From assembly GCA_963664295.1 (NCBI GenBank), contig OY760935.1, forward strand, positions 384,001 through 448,000: a DNA stretch of 64,000 nucleotides. The letters are read 5' to 3'. This document shows positions 9,647 to 19,737 of the stretch, piece by piece; the first letter of the stretch is position 1; each line of letters begins with the position of its first letter. The notes beneath the pieces are model-generated. The model was not told the origin of the DNA and ran no database searches. It was given only the letters and a program-made list of their open reading frames with translations. Position numbers and translations under genes: made by a program. Origin of the DNA: Candidatus Altimarinota bacterium (lineage in GTDB: Bacteria; Patescibacteriota; Gracilibacteria; CAIRYL01; GCA-016699755).

Positions 9647-10537
9647 GTGACCAAACTTCCTCATGACAGAAAAAAAGAGCTAAAAATTACCAATCGCAAA
9701 TATCAAAAATTTGTAGAAATATTTTTTGAACAGGAATTAAAAAATGATGGCGTAGATATTACTTCAGAAATTACAATTAATAAAAGAAAAAACCCTGTTA
9801 AGGCTATAATAATTGCAAAAGAAAGCGGAATATTAGCAGGAAGAGCAGAAATTCAATATTTTTTGAGCAAAAATAAAAAAATAAAACAAAAATGGCACAA
9901 AAAAGATGGAGAAAAATTCAAAAAAAATGATTTAATTCTCGAATTAACAGGAAATTTGCACATTTTGTTAAAATTTGAGCGAATTTTGCTTAATTTTATT
10001 AGCAGAATGAGCGGAATAAGCACAAAAACTGCACAAAATGTACAAAAAATTGCTCATTTTGCAAAATTAAGCGCAACCAGAAAAACCCTCTGGGGAATAT
10101 TAGACAAAAAAGCAGTAGCACTTGGCGGTGGATTAACCCACAGGCTTAACCTAGAAGATGCAATTTTAATTAAAGAAAATCACCTAGCACACACAAATAT
10201 AAAAACTGCTTTAAATAAAATAGATAAAACAAAAAAAGAATTCTCTTTTTGGGAAATCGAAGTGGAAAATGAACAAGAATTAAAAGAAGTAATGGAAAAT
10301 TTACCAAAAAAAAGACCAGGAGTAATAATGTTAGATAACTTCACCCCAAGGCAAATAAAAAAAGTTCTTAAAAAAACCACAAAACCAAAAAGAATATTTT
10401 TTGAGGCATCTGGCGGAATAACAGAAAAAAATATTAAAAAATACGCAAAAACAGGCGCTGAAGTGCTTTCTGCTGGTTTTTTAACCAAAAATGCTTTTAG
10501 TATTGATTTTTCAATGTATATAAAAACAAATGACTAG
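9647..10537 (+). CDS. nadC: Nicotinate-nucleotide diphosphorylase (quinolinate PRTase)
   Basis: ATRKT, HRLNL.DAILIKENH, EIEV, MLDNF, EASGGIT. Confidence 0.92.
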   Translation: MTKLPHDRKKELKITNRKYQKFVEIFFEQELKNDGVDITSEITINKRKNPVKAIIIAKESGILAGRAEIQYFLSKNKKIKQKWHKKDGEKFKKNDLILELTGNLHILLKFERILLNFISRMSGISTKTAQNVQKIAHFAKLSATRKTLWGILDKKAVALGGGLTHRLNLEDAILIKENHLAHTNIKTALNKIDKTKKEFSFWEIEVENEQELKEVMENLPKKRPGVIMLDNFTPRQIKKVLKKTTKPKRIFFEASGGITEKNIKKYAKTGAEVLSAGFLTKNAFSIDFSMYIKTND

Positions 10538-11420
10538 TTTATTTTTAGTAAAACTAATTTATTGGGGTAGTTTTTTAATTTTTCTTTTTATTTTAGTGCT
10601 TATTTCTCTTTGGAAAAAAAGCAATAAAAAATGGCAAAAAGCCATTATTGCTTTTTTCTTTATTTTAAGTGGTTTTTTTATTTGGGCTCGTTTTATTGAG
10701 ACACAAATTATTATAAGCAAAGAAACAAAAATTAATATTGGATTTGAAGGAAAAATAGTACTTATTGCTGATACTCACCTGGGTACATATAAAAATAGTG
10801 CTTTTTTAGATCAAGTAGTTAGTAAAATAAATAAAATAGACCCTGATATGGTGCTTATTGCCGGTGATTTTGTTTATTTTCCTGAAAATGAAACCAAGCA
10901 GGCCTTAAAAGAATTATTTGCTCCATTAAAGAAAATAAATGCTCCTGTTTTTGCTGTACTTGGTAATCATGATGGAGTGGATAATAATTTTGGCACTGCA
11001 AATGAAGAATTAAAAGAAGCCTTACCGGAGCTAAAAGTTGTTTTAATTGAAAATGAATACATTAATTTTGAAAATTTTACTCTTTTAGGTCTTGGTTCAA
11101 ACTGGCGCAATGAAGACAAAATTGAGTTATTGGATCAATTTACAGAAGAAGATAATTTAGTAGTACTTGCACATAATCCAGACACAACTCTAAAATACAT
11201 CAATAAAAAAGCAGATTTAACCTTAACAGGTCATACTCATGGCGGACAAATTCGCATTCCCCTGCTTTATAAAAAAGCAATTCCCACAAATGGAGATTTT
11301 GACAAAGGATTAACTCAAGAAGAAAATACTACACTTTTTATCACAAGTGGATTAGGAGAAACCGGCTTACCTATGCGTCTTTTTAATCCACCAATTATTG
11401 ATGTTTTAATTTTATACTGA
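10530..11420 (+). CDS. Membrane-anchored metallophosphoesterase (YkuE-like)
   Basis: DTH, GDF, GNHD, HNPD, GHTHGGQ. Confidence 0.9.
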   Translation: MTSLFLVKLIYWGSFLIFLFILVLISLWKKSNKKWQKAIIAFFFILSGFFIWARFIETQIIISKETKINIGFEGKIVLIADTHLGTYKNSAFLDQVVSKINKIDPDMVLIAGDFVYFPENETKQALKELFAPLKKINAPVFAVLGNHDGVDNNFGTANEELKEALPELKVVLIENEYINFENFTLLGLGSNWRNEDKIELLDQFTEEDNLVVLAHNPDTTLKYINKKADLTLTGHTHGGQIRIPLLYKKAIPTNGDFDKGLTQEENTTLFITSGLGETGLPMRLFNPPIIDVLILY

Positions 11421-11909
11421 AGGGGCAATCATAAAATCTCTAAACTTTTCCCTTATTAAAGTCTTAAAAAGATCAAAAGCTCCTTTTTCTTCTAATAATG
11501 TGTCTTTTTTGCTTAGCATTTCCAAAAGATAAACAAGGTAATTAAGCCAATCCTTTTCAGGGTCTTTATTTCTTAAGATAACAACATAAGCTAAAAGAAT
11601 ATCAATCTCTTCATTAGTATTTGAATCTTCTAATTTAGATATAAGATCATTTATTAGCAATGTATTTTGATATCTTGGGTTATCCATCCAGGATTTTTGT
11701 GAACCAACTTTATTTTTCGAGGCGTTTTGAAGACCAAGAATATTTGTAGCCACCTCATTCGCAACATTTTCTCTGATATCACCAATAGAGCTTAATTTCA
11801 TCTCATGACTATTGTATTGCTCTTTTAAACCTTTTAGCCAAGTAAGAATATCTTCTTTGCTTCCTATATGTGCTTCAAGCTTACTATATAAAGCTTCTTT
11901 AATGTTCAT
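11412..11909 (-). CDS. Hypothetical protein
   Basis: 165-aa ORF with its own TTGACT-17-TAAAAA promoter-like element. Confidence 0.6.
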   Translation of the reverse strand: MNIKEALYSKLEAHIGSKEDILTWLKGLKEQYNSHEMKLSSIGDIRENVANEVATNILGLQNASKNKVGSQKSWMDNPRYQNTLLINDLISKLEDSNTNEEIDILLAYVVILRNKDPEKDWLNYLVYLLEMLSKKDTLLEEKGAFDLFKTLIREKFRDFMIAPSV

Positions 11910-11970
11910 AATAATAAAAAAGTGGCAATATTTTTACCACATAAAAAATTTTTAGTCAATTTTTAAATTT

Positions 11971-12342
11971 TTATTTTAATTCTTGTTTAATTTTGTCAAT
12001 TGCCTGCCCTGGATTGTCAAAAATTTCCACTATTCTACCTATACCAATAAGCTCAACAACCTCTGCAACTTGCCCTTTGAGTCCTGCAAGAAAAATTTCT
12101 TGTTTATTATTTTGACTACTTTTTATTAACTTCAAAAGATAACCAATTGCCTGACTATTGATAAAATCAAGATCAGTAAAATCAAAAACCACCCAATCAA
12201 GCTGTTTTCGTTCATCAAGAGTTTTTATTGCTTCTTCAAATTTAAGCACATTTTGATTATTTATTTCACCAACAAACTCCATCAATAAGCACTTATTTTC
12301 AAGTCCTTCTGGATTTAGGTGGTAAATATTAAATTCTCTCAT
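11971..12342 (-). CDS. STAS-domain anti-sigma factor antagonist
   Basis: GEIN, VVFDFTDLDFINSQAIG. Confidence 0.9.
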   Translation of the reverse strand: MREFNIYHLNPEGLENKCLLMEFVGEINNQNVLKFEEAIKTLDERKQLDWVVFDFTDLDFINSQAIGYLLKLIKSSQNNKQEIFLAGLKGQVAEVVELIGIGRIVEIFDNPGQAIDKIKQELK

Positions 12343-12356
12343 TTTTGTTTAAAAAA

Positions 12357-13685
12357 TTAGTTATTTTCAGTGCTTTTTCTTATTTCTTGAATATTTTCAA
12401 TTTCATCCACAGTTTGGCGAAATTTTTTAAATCTCTCAAGCGAAATCCATTTATTATTAGTATATTTTTCTTCTAATAAATTATATTTTTTAATATAAGC
12501 AATTTTTTTCTTTAATTCACTCATTTCATCTTTTGTCGCCCAATTTTTTTCTAATAATTGTTTTTCAACCTGTTGTTTATTGTCTAAGTTTTTTATTTTT
12601 TTAATTAATTGTGCATAGTCATGTTCTGGCAACATTCTTGTGCCCACTAATCCAAATTTATAGTGATTTTCTTTTTCTGTAAGAATAGCGCGCAAATACC
12701 AAAAACCAGCCACTAAATAAACATTCATCACGATAATATGCAAAGGCAAATCTGGCGCACCTTGAATACCAATAATTCCAAATAAATCACCTAAGCTAAT
12801 ATTGATGTCTAAAATAAAATTATAAAAACCATGAATAAGCATAGCAGAAAGCAAGCCACGAATAAGCATTAGTTCTTTAAAGGTTGTTTTTTGAGAAAAT
12901 TGTAAAATCTTGCGCAAAAAACGCACAAACCAAGAAACTTTTTTTTCTAAATAATGTTTTTGCAAATACGGACCAGCAAAAAGCGAAATTCCATAATAAT
13001 AACCAAAAATACCAGAACATAAAACATGCACCATTACAGTAAAAAACGACCTAAGTACAAAAAGTCCGGCAAAATCCCTCACAGACGCCCCCGGTACTGC
13101 CATAATTTTTTGCAAATAAATTATATTTTCAACAAAAGCAAAACCAAGTGCGCTCATCAAGCTTATTAAAATAACCTGATCTATTGATTTTAGATTTAAT
13201 TTTTTATTTAAAAGTACAAAAATATAAAAAGTAGCCCAAAAAGAACCCAAAAGATAAATATCTGTAAGCTCAATAGTGCCAATAATTAGGCTATATAAAA
13301 CCTGAATTGTTTTTACAAAAAGAAAAAAGATTAACAAAAGAACAAGCCCTGTTGGTTTTTCTTTGCGAATTACAAAATGTTTAATAAATTCTTCCATCAT
13401 TCCCACGCCAAAAATAAAAATTAGAGCTCTTTGAATTAAGTGAGTTTTTGAAAACTCGGCAAGAGATTGAGTAAAATTTACTGGTGTGACATCAAGAAAA
13501 ATCAAATTAAGGCTTTGTCCCCATTGTTGTTGATAAAACAGCAAAATTCCTGCTGAAAAACAACCTGCAACAAAAGCTAAAAAAAGCATTATTTTATCTG
13601 CTGATCTAGTTTTATAAAAAAAATACGCCCAAATGCTAATTGGAATTAAAGCAACTACTCCTGTGAGAACGATCTCAATATTCAT
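12357..13685 (-). CDS. PrsW-family glutamic intramembrane protease
   Basis: MEEFIK, LGFAFVEN, R..F...H, HGFYN motifs. Confidence 0.88.
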   Translation of the reverse strand: MNIEIVLTGVVALIPISIWAYFFYKTRSADKIMLFLAFVAGCFSAGILLFYQQQWGQSLNLIFLDVTPVNFTQSLAEFSKTHLIQRALIFIFGVGMMEEFIKHFVIRKEKPTGLVLLLIFFLFVKTIQVLYSLIIGTIELTDIYLLGSFWATFYIFVLLNKKLNLKSIDQVILISLMSALGFAFVENIIYLQKIMAVPGASVRDFAGLFVLRSFFTVMVHVLCSGIFGYYYGISLFAGPYLQKHYLEKKVSWFVRFLRKILQFSQKTTFKELMLIRGLLSAMLIHGFYNFILDINISLGDLFGIIGIQGAPDLPLHIIVMNVYLVAGFWYLRAILTEKENHYKFGLVGTRMLPEHDYAQLIKKIKNLDNKQQVEKQLLEKNWATKDEMSELKKKIAYIKKYNLLEEKYTNNKWISLERFKKFRQTVDEIENIQEIRKSTENN

Positions 13686-13755
13686 TAATTTTGTTTTTAT
13701 TATTATCTATATATTTTAGCTTATTTTTGCGCTTTTTTCCAGTGTTTTTACTTAA

Positions 13756-16131
13756 TTATTCCTCATCAGGAGGAATGCCATAATAATCAAGTAAAAATGA
13801 AGTAATTTCTCTAAAAACTGGTGCCGCAGTAGTAGATCCCCAGGTGTTATCCCCCACCCTTGGTCTATCAAATTTAACCAAAATAACAAAACGAGGTTTG
13901 TCTGTAGGTGCATAACCACCAAAACTAGTAATTACATTGCCCTCTTTTGAGGTATCTTCATAACCAACTCCATCAGTTCTTGCTATCTGGGAAGTACCTG
14001 TTTTTCCAGCTATTTTATAGCCAGGAATTTTTGCAGGATTTGCAACTCCATTATTTACAGAAGAAACCAACATAGCACTAATGGTGACAGAAGTATCAGG
14101 AGAAATAACTCTACGCACTTGTTCTGGTTCAATTTTTTCAATAATTTCACCATTTTTACGAATTTCAGAAACAATATGTGGCTTCATTAAAATTCCTCCA
14201 TTTGCCATAGCACACCAAGCCGTAGCAACTTGCAAAGGAGTTGCTGTCAAACCCTGCCCAAAAGCAGAAGTAATCAACAAAGCATCACTCCATTTGGTGT
14301 AATACATAACCGTACCTGGTGATTCATTTTCCAAAGAAACATCACTATATTCACCAAAACCATAATCTTTTATGTATTTATAAAAAACAGCTCTGCCAAG
14401 TTTTTGAGCCACAAAAGCCATACCAACATTAGAAGAAGTTTCCAAAACATTGGTCATTGTTTGCCAACCATTATATTCACCCAAGGCAGTTCTGATGGTA
14501 AATTCACCAACTTCGAGTGGGCCATCTTCCAAAAAACGAGTGGAAGGAGTCACTTCGCCAGCATCAAGCGCCGCAGACATTGCCAAAGGCTTAAAAACTG
14601 AACCAGGCTCATAAACAGCCTGTACCAAACGATTTAAATAAGCACCTGGTCCAAGAAAATTTTCATAAATATAAAACTCTGGATCATACTCAAGTCGCCA
14701 AGCTTCATCATATTCTTCAAAAGAAGATTCCACTAGCTTACCTTCTTCATCTTTTTTGAATATTGGTGTGGTTTTAAAAATTTTTCTAGTGTCTTCTTGT
14801 GTAGTGCGTCTTGTTAAATAAACATTTCCAAATAAATTAGGATCAAAAGTAGGATAATTGGCCATAGCAATAATTTCGCCAGTATATGGCTCCATAATAA
14901 TAATTTGACCTGAATCTGCTCTAAAGTTTTCTACTGCTTCCTTGAGCACTGTTTCAACTTTTTTCTGAACAACTCTATCAATAGTTAAAACAACAGAAGC
15001 GCCATTTTCTGCATCTTGTACTTTGTCTGTTCCTAGTCCAATTTGCATACCAGAAACATCATTTTGACTTTCAATAACACCTTTTTTGCCAGCAAGAAGG
15101 CTATTGTATTTTCCCTCAATTCCATATTGTCCCACTCCATCATGATTTAAAAACCCAACAATTTGTGAAGCTAATTCTTTGTCTGGGTAATATCTTAAAT
15201 GCTCAGGCACAAGCACAACCCCTCTAAAAAAATCAGGAATTGGTTCTTCTTCTGATTTTTCAGCAAAAATCCTATTCTTATCTTTCATGTGTTGTTCATA
15301 GGATAATTTCTTAATTTCTCTAATTTTATCAGAGATATCTGGGTCTAATTTGCGTTTTAATTTCACATAACGCAGTTTTCCGCCAATCATTTTTTGAGCA
15401 AGCTCTTTTTCATCTTCATTTAATATTTGAGCTAGTGTTTTTGCTATTTTTTTGCGTTCTTTGTCTGGAATTTTAGTTGGATCTGCATAAACAATGCCGG
15501 TTTTTTCCACTATATCAATACCCGCCAAACTAAGTCGCATAACTTCATTCATTTTTTCTTTATCAACTCCTCTGGAAAGAGTGACAAAATCAATATCCTC
15601 TTTGGATATCCGTGTATAAATATCTTCTGCGTATTTTCGTATTGCTTCATCATAGTCCAAAGGTGGATAAGTCACTTCCACAATCTCAATCTCACCATCA
15701 GGTCGTTCTACTTCCTCTTCTTCATAAGTGACTGTGCTACTTGGACAATAATCAGTATCATCAAGGCAATCCTGAAAATCATCTAATGTAAAAAGCAAAG
15801 GGGCGAGGCGGTCTGCTACCATTTTTTTATCTGCTGTCACATAAGGATCAATATAAACAAGGTCAAGCGTTGTATTTGTTGCCAATTTCACCAAATCTCC
15901 CGTAGAAGTATCTCGAACCAATATCTCCCCTCTTCTTGCAGGTATTTCTATTTTTGACGAACGCTGACTATTTGCCACTTCATAATATGTATCACCATTT
16001 ATAACCTGTAATTCAAACAAGCGCATAAAAATAATTACAAATGGTATTGCAACAAAAATAATCATCCATTTTGTACGATCAGGAAAAATAATTCTCTTTT
16101 GCCTTCTTGGTTTTCTATGCAATCTTCTCAC
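13756..16131 (-). CDS. Class B penicillin-binding protein (FtsI/PBP2-like) with insertions
   Basis: RGEI, RYYP, GQYGIE, EPGSVFK, SSN, KTGT. Confidence 0.92.
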   Translation of the reverse strand: MRRLHRKPRRQKRIIFPDRTKWMIIFVAIPFVIIFMRLFELQVINGDTYYEVANSQRSSKIEIPARRGEILVRDTSTGDLVKLATNTTLDLVYIDPYVTADKKMVADRLAPLLFTLDDFQDCLDDTDYCPSSTVTYEEEEVERPDGEIEIVEVTYPPLDYDEAIRKYAEDIYTRISKEDIDFVTLSRGVDKEKMNEVMRLSLAGIDIVEKTGIVYADPTKIPDKERKKIAKTLAQILNEDEKELAQKMIGGKLRYVKLKRKLDPDISDKIREIKKLSYEQHMKDKNRIFAEKSEEEPIPDFFRGVVLVPEHLRYYPDKELASQIVGFLNHDGVGQYGIEGKYNSLLAGKKGVIESQNDVSGMQIGLGTDKVQDAENGASVVLTIDRVVQKKVETVLKEAVENFRADSGQIIIMEPYTGEIIAMANYPTFDPNLFGNVYLTRRTTQEDTRKIFKTTPIFKKDEEGKLVESSFEEYDEAWRLEYDPEFYIYENFLGPGAYLNRLVQAVYEPGSVFKPLAMSAALDAGEVTPSTRFLEDGPLEVGEFTIRTALGEYNGWQTMTNVLETSSNVGMAFVAQKLGRAVFYKYIKDYGFGEYSDVSLENESPGTVMYYTKWSDALLITSAFGQGLTATPLQVATAWCAMANGGILMKPHIVSEIRKNGEIIEKIEPEQVRRVISPDTSVTISAMLVSSVNNGVANPAKIPGYKIAGKTGTSQIARTDGVGYEDTSKEGNVITSFGGYAPTDKPRFVILVKFDRPRVGDNTWGSTTAAPVFREITSFLLDYYGIPPDEE

Positions 16132-16204
16132 CTTTAAATTTTGCGAAAGAAAATTGTTATAGTCAATTGTTAATTTAATTATATTGTTTTAAAGTATAAA
16201 ATAC

Positions 16205-16233
16205 TTGACATTTTTTATATTTCGTACTAAAAT
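16205..16233 (+). promoter_or_regulatory. Sigma70-type promoter
   Basis: TTGACA-17 nt-TAAAAT. Confidence 0.7.
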
Positions 16234-16264
16234 ATAAATGTTTTAAAATCTTTTTAATTAAAAA

Positions 16265-16882
16265 ATGGAAAACAATGCAAATAAAGTCCAAGAAACTACT
16301 CCAGTAGAAAGTCCTTTTGTAGAGTCTATACTGCAAAAGTATAATGTTGATCGTGAATCTGGAGAAAGGTTGATAGTATGGTTAAATACAGCCATGAAAA
16401 AACTACAAGAAATGACCCCAGACCATATTGACTTGGAAAATATCACTGACGAAGGAAAAAGAGAAGAACTTGAAAAAACATTAAGAGAATTCGCAAAACT
16501 TGAAGCTGATTTAGAAACAAAATATCTTAATGCTGGCACAGAATTGTTTATACAAGAAACACCTGAGCTAAGTGATGACATGAGAAAAAATTTAGAAACA
16601 GCAGTTAAAGAAAACAGAGGCAATGCATCTGCTGCAGTTGAAAGTCTGCCAGCAGAAATGAAAACAGTAGAAAAAAAAGGTCTCATGAGTATGGATATCA
16701 GCGTTCCACCAGGAGAACACTGGCAAGTAAAAGGTCTTAATGGCGTCACGCTCACAGTTGAACCGGGCGCAGAATTATCCGTTAAAGGAGCTGTAGATAG
16801 TAAAATTATTATTAAAAAAGGTGGAAAACTAAATGAATCAGCAGGATTAGTAAAAACAGAAGTTGTTGATGAAAATCAATAA
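16265..16882 (+). CDS. Hypothetical protein (helical N-half, short beta-helix-like C-terminus)
   Basis: 205-aa ORF between a promoter and a terminator. Confidence 0.7.
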   Translation: MENNANKVQETTPVESPFVESILQKYNVDRESGERLIVWLNTAMKKLQEMTPDHIDLENITDEGKREELEKTLREFAKLEADLETKYLNAGTELFIQETPELSDDMRKNLETAVKENRGNASAAVESLPAEMKTVEKKGLMSMDISVPPGEHWQVKGLNGVTLTVEPGAELSVKGAVDSKIIIKKGGKLNESAGLVKTEVVDENQ

Positions 16883-16903
16883 TTAAATCAATTAAGTTAA
16901 ATT

Positions 16904-16937
16904 AACCTGGAATTATTTCATAATTCCAGGTTTTTTG
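16904..16937 (+). terminator. Intrinsic terminator
   Basis: aacctggaatta-tttca-taattccaggtt followed by a T-run. Confidence 0.8.
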
Positions 16938-16992
16938 TTATAAAAAATCTCTTCTTGCCAGCAAAAGCACTAAAAAGGTAAAATCTATAAGC

Positions 16993-18018
16993 ATGAAATA
17001 TGATTGGAAAGTAATTGGGCATGAAAAAATACTCGCAAAAATAGAACGCGATCTTGAACTTGGCAATATTGCCTCTGCTACTTTATTGGTAGGTCCGGAG
17101 GAAATAGGTAAATACAGAGTGGCAAAAACTTTTGCCAAAATATTAAATTCAGGAGGTAGTTTTTCTCATGATTCAGAAATATCTCAACAAATAGAAAAAA
17201 ATATTCACCCAGATGTGACAACAATAAGCGCCCTCTGGCAAAAAGATAAGCTCGAAGATTTTGAAATAATCTCCAAAAGCTCCAATTTTGATCAGTCAGA
17301 GCGCAAAAAAAAGAAAATGATATCTGACACTATCTCAATTGATGATGTTATTTCTTTTTCCAGCAAACTTTATGAAAAAACCTCAAGTAAATATAAAATC
17401 TGTTTAATTAAAAATGTTCACAGAATGAACCATAATTCTGCTAATGCTTTTTTGAAAATCCTTGAAGAACCACCAGAAAAAACAATATTTATAATGACTG
17501 CCTCTCATGAAGATTTATTACCAAAAACAGTCACCTCCAGAACAAGAGTTTTTCAAATGAACCTAGTATCACAGGCAACAATAAGAAAATATTTAAATAC
17601 AGTGGAAAGAATAATGGAAGATGATGAAAAAGAAGAATTAATCACACTTTCTCAGGGTAGGCCAGCAAGATTAAATAAATTTCTCAATGACTCTGATTTT
17701 TTAATTGAAGAAAAAAATTTCTATCATCAAATTGCTGAATTACTCTCCAAAGATGAAATTGGACAAAGAATGAAGTTTGCTGAAGAAATGGCGCAAAACG
17801 ACCCTCAAAAAATTATTGAATTTTTTAATAGATTTACCCATTTTCTAAGAAGTGTTTTAATAGAAAAAATAAACAATAAAGATATGTATCTTTGCAAAAA
17901 ACTTAGTTTTGAAGAATTAAAAAGCTTAATAACAAAAACAATGCTTGCTCAAAAAAGAATTCTTGCTAATGTAAACAAAAGATTAACCCTTGAAGAACTA
18001 TTTATCTCTTTTCCTTAA
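16993..18018 (+). CDS. holB: DNA polymerase III delta-prime subunit
   Basis: GHEKI, GPEEIGK, HPD, ANAFLKILEEPP, TVTSR. Confidence 0.88.
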   Translation: MKYDWKVIGHEKILAKIERDLELGNIASATLLVGPEEIGKYRVAKTFAKILNSGGSFSHDSEISQQIEKNIHPDVTTISALWQKDKLEDFEIISKSSNFDQSERKKKKMISDTISIDDVISFSSKLYEKTSSKYKICLIKNVHRMNHNSANAFLKILEEPPEKTIFIMTASHEDLLPKTVTSRTRVFQMNLVSQATIRKYLNTVERIMEDDEKEELITLSQGRPARLNKFLNDSDFLIEEKNFYHQIAELLSKDEIGQRMKFAEEMAQNDPQKIIEFFNRFTHFLRSVLIEKINNKDMYLCKKLSFEELKSLITKTMLAQKRILANVNKRLTLEELFISFP

Positions 18019-18024
18019 TAAAAA

Positions 18025-18846
18025 ATGAAAAAAATTATTAGATTATTTGTATTTTTACAACAAAAAGTCATTGAAATACCCTATTCAGTAAAAGATCATC
18101 AGGATTTTGAGCTAAATCAATTTGTTTTAATAAAAATCCCTGATATTGGTGAAGAATTAGCAATAATTAAAGGTATTGATATTGCACCAGCACTAGATGA
18201 AGTTAATAAAGACATAACAATATCAAAAATAGCTACAGACGAAGACATAAAACTACAAAAACAAAGAGAAGAAGAGGCTGTGCGTGATTTTATGATTTTT
18301 AAAGACAAAATCAAAAAACACGAAAAGGAAATGTATCCTGTTTCTGCAGGAGTATCACAAAAAGGTGATCTTTTTTATGGTACTTTTACAGCTCCAGAAA
18401 GAATTGATTTCAGAGATTTAGTAAAAGACCTAAGTACACAAATAGGAAAAAGAATTTATTTTGAACAAATAGGTGTACGAGATAGAGCAAAAATTGTTGG
18501 TGACTTAGGAAAATGTGGTGAATTACCTTGTTGTAAAAGATTTTTAACTAGCATTCCTCCTGTCAGCATGGAGGCTGTGCGCGTGCAAAATCTCAGCTCG
18601 CAACAATTAGAAAATATAACTGGGGTTTGTTGCAAGTTAAAATGTTGTCTTAATTATGAAGTTGATAATTATCGTGAAAACAAAAAATTACTACCAAAAA
18701 TGAAAAAAAAGGTTCTTATTAAAGAAAGAGAAGGAAAAGTTTGCGGTCTCGATATATTAAATAAAAAAGTAAAAGTACAATTTGATGACACAGGAGAAAT
18801 AATTATTGTATCTGCAGAAGAAATATCGTATCCTAAAAACAAATGA
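18025..18846 (+). CDS. ricT: PSP1/RicT (YaaT) family Fe-S regulatory protein
   Basis: RIDFRDLVKDL, IGVRD.AK, G.CG..CC, C.KLKCCLNYE; follows holB. Confidence 0.85.
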   Translation: MKKIIRLFVFLQQKVIEIPYSVKDHQDFELNQFVLIKIPDIGEELAIIKGIDIAPALDEVNKDITISKIATDEDIKLQKQREEEAVRDFMIFKDKIKKHEKEMYPVSAGVSQKGDLFYGTFTAPERIDFRDLVKDLSTQIGKRIYFEQIGVRDRAKIVGDLGKCGELPCCKRFLTSIPPVSMEAVRVQNLSSQQLENITGVCCKLKCCLNYEVDNYRENKKLLPKMKKKVLIKEREGKVCGLDILNKKVKVQFDDTGEIIIVSAEEISYPKNK

Positions 18847-19679
18847 GTCCACTTACATTAAATATTTTTTTTACGGCATTTTTTAGCTCAATAGCTGGTA
18901 TTGCCATTATTTTTATTCGGCATCACACAAGCTCTTTTCTTAAAACCACAAAAAAAAGAAAAGAGTTATTAAAAGAGCGAAAAAGAGAGTTAATAGAAAA
19001 CAAAGAAAGAGAAACAGCAATCAAAAAAGAGCTTGAACGAAGACAAAATATGGAAAACGAAACAGAAGAAATGCCAAAAAAAGAAGAATTAACAGAAAAA
19101 AAGAGAAATTCTGACACAGAAGTTAATTCATTATTTAAAAAAGCTGATTTATTACTCGGTCGTGGCATGGACAAAGACGCAGAAAGAATACTAATTCAAA
19201 TACTTGCAATAAATGAAGATCATACAAAAGCAAACATTGCCTTGGGTATGCTGTTTTTGCGTCGCGGAGAACACAAAAAAGCAGAATCTATGCAAAAAAA
19301 ACTTACAGAATTGCGCCCAAGAGACCCTGCAGTATATACCAACCTTGGTCTTTGTCATTTTAATCAAAAAAAATTTAGCGAAGCTTTGGAAGCTTTTCAA
19401 AAAGCAGTTGAATTGGACTCAAGCAGAGGGGCTCGTTATGTAAACTTGGGCAAAGTTTATTTTGCCATTGAAGAATATGAAGATGCGGAAAAATCCTTTC
19501 AAAAAGCTATAAAACTTGAGCCAAGAAATATAGAATTTTTATTCCTACTTGCAGACACATTAAAAGAAAATAAAAAACTATCCGAAGCAAAAGCTGTTTT
19601 TGAGCGTATAGTTCAGATACAACCTTTTAATGAAGAGGCAAAAGAAGAAATAAAAAGTTTAAATATTTTAGGATTTTAA
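18843..19679 (+). CDS. Membrane-anchored TPR protein
   Basis: N-terminal TM helix, coiled coil, TPR repeats (YTNLG..., FQKA.EL). Confidence 0.85.
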   Translation: MSPLTLNIFFTAFFSSIAGIAIIFIRHHTSSFLKTTKKRKELLKERKRELIENKERETAIKKELERRQNMENETEEMPKKEELTEKKRNSDTEVNSLFKKADLLLGRGMDKDAERILIQILAINEDHTKANIALGMLFLRRGEHKKAESMQKKLTELRPRDPAVYTNLGLCHFNQKKFSEALEAFQKAVELDSSRGARYVNLGKVYFAIEEYEDAEKSFQKAIKLEPRNIEFLFLLADTLKENKKLSEAKAVFERIVQIQPFNEEAKEEIKSLNILGF

Positions 19680-19737
19680 AAACAATAAGCTTGTAGTAAA
19701 ATTTACAGGCTTATAATTTTAATTAACTGAAATAATT

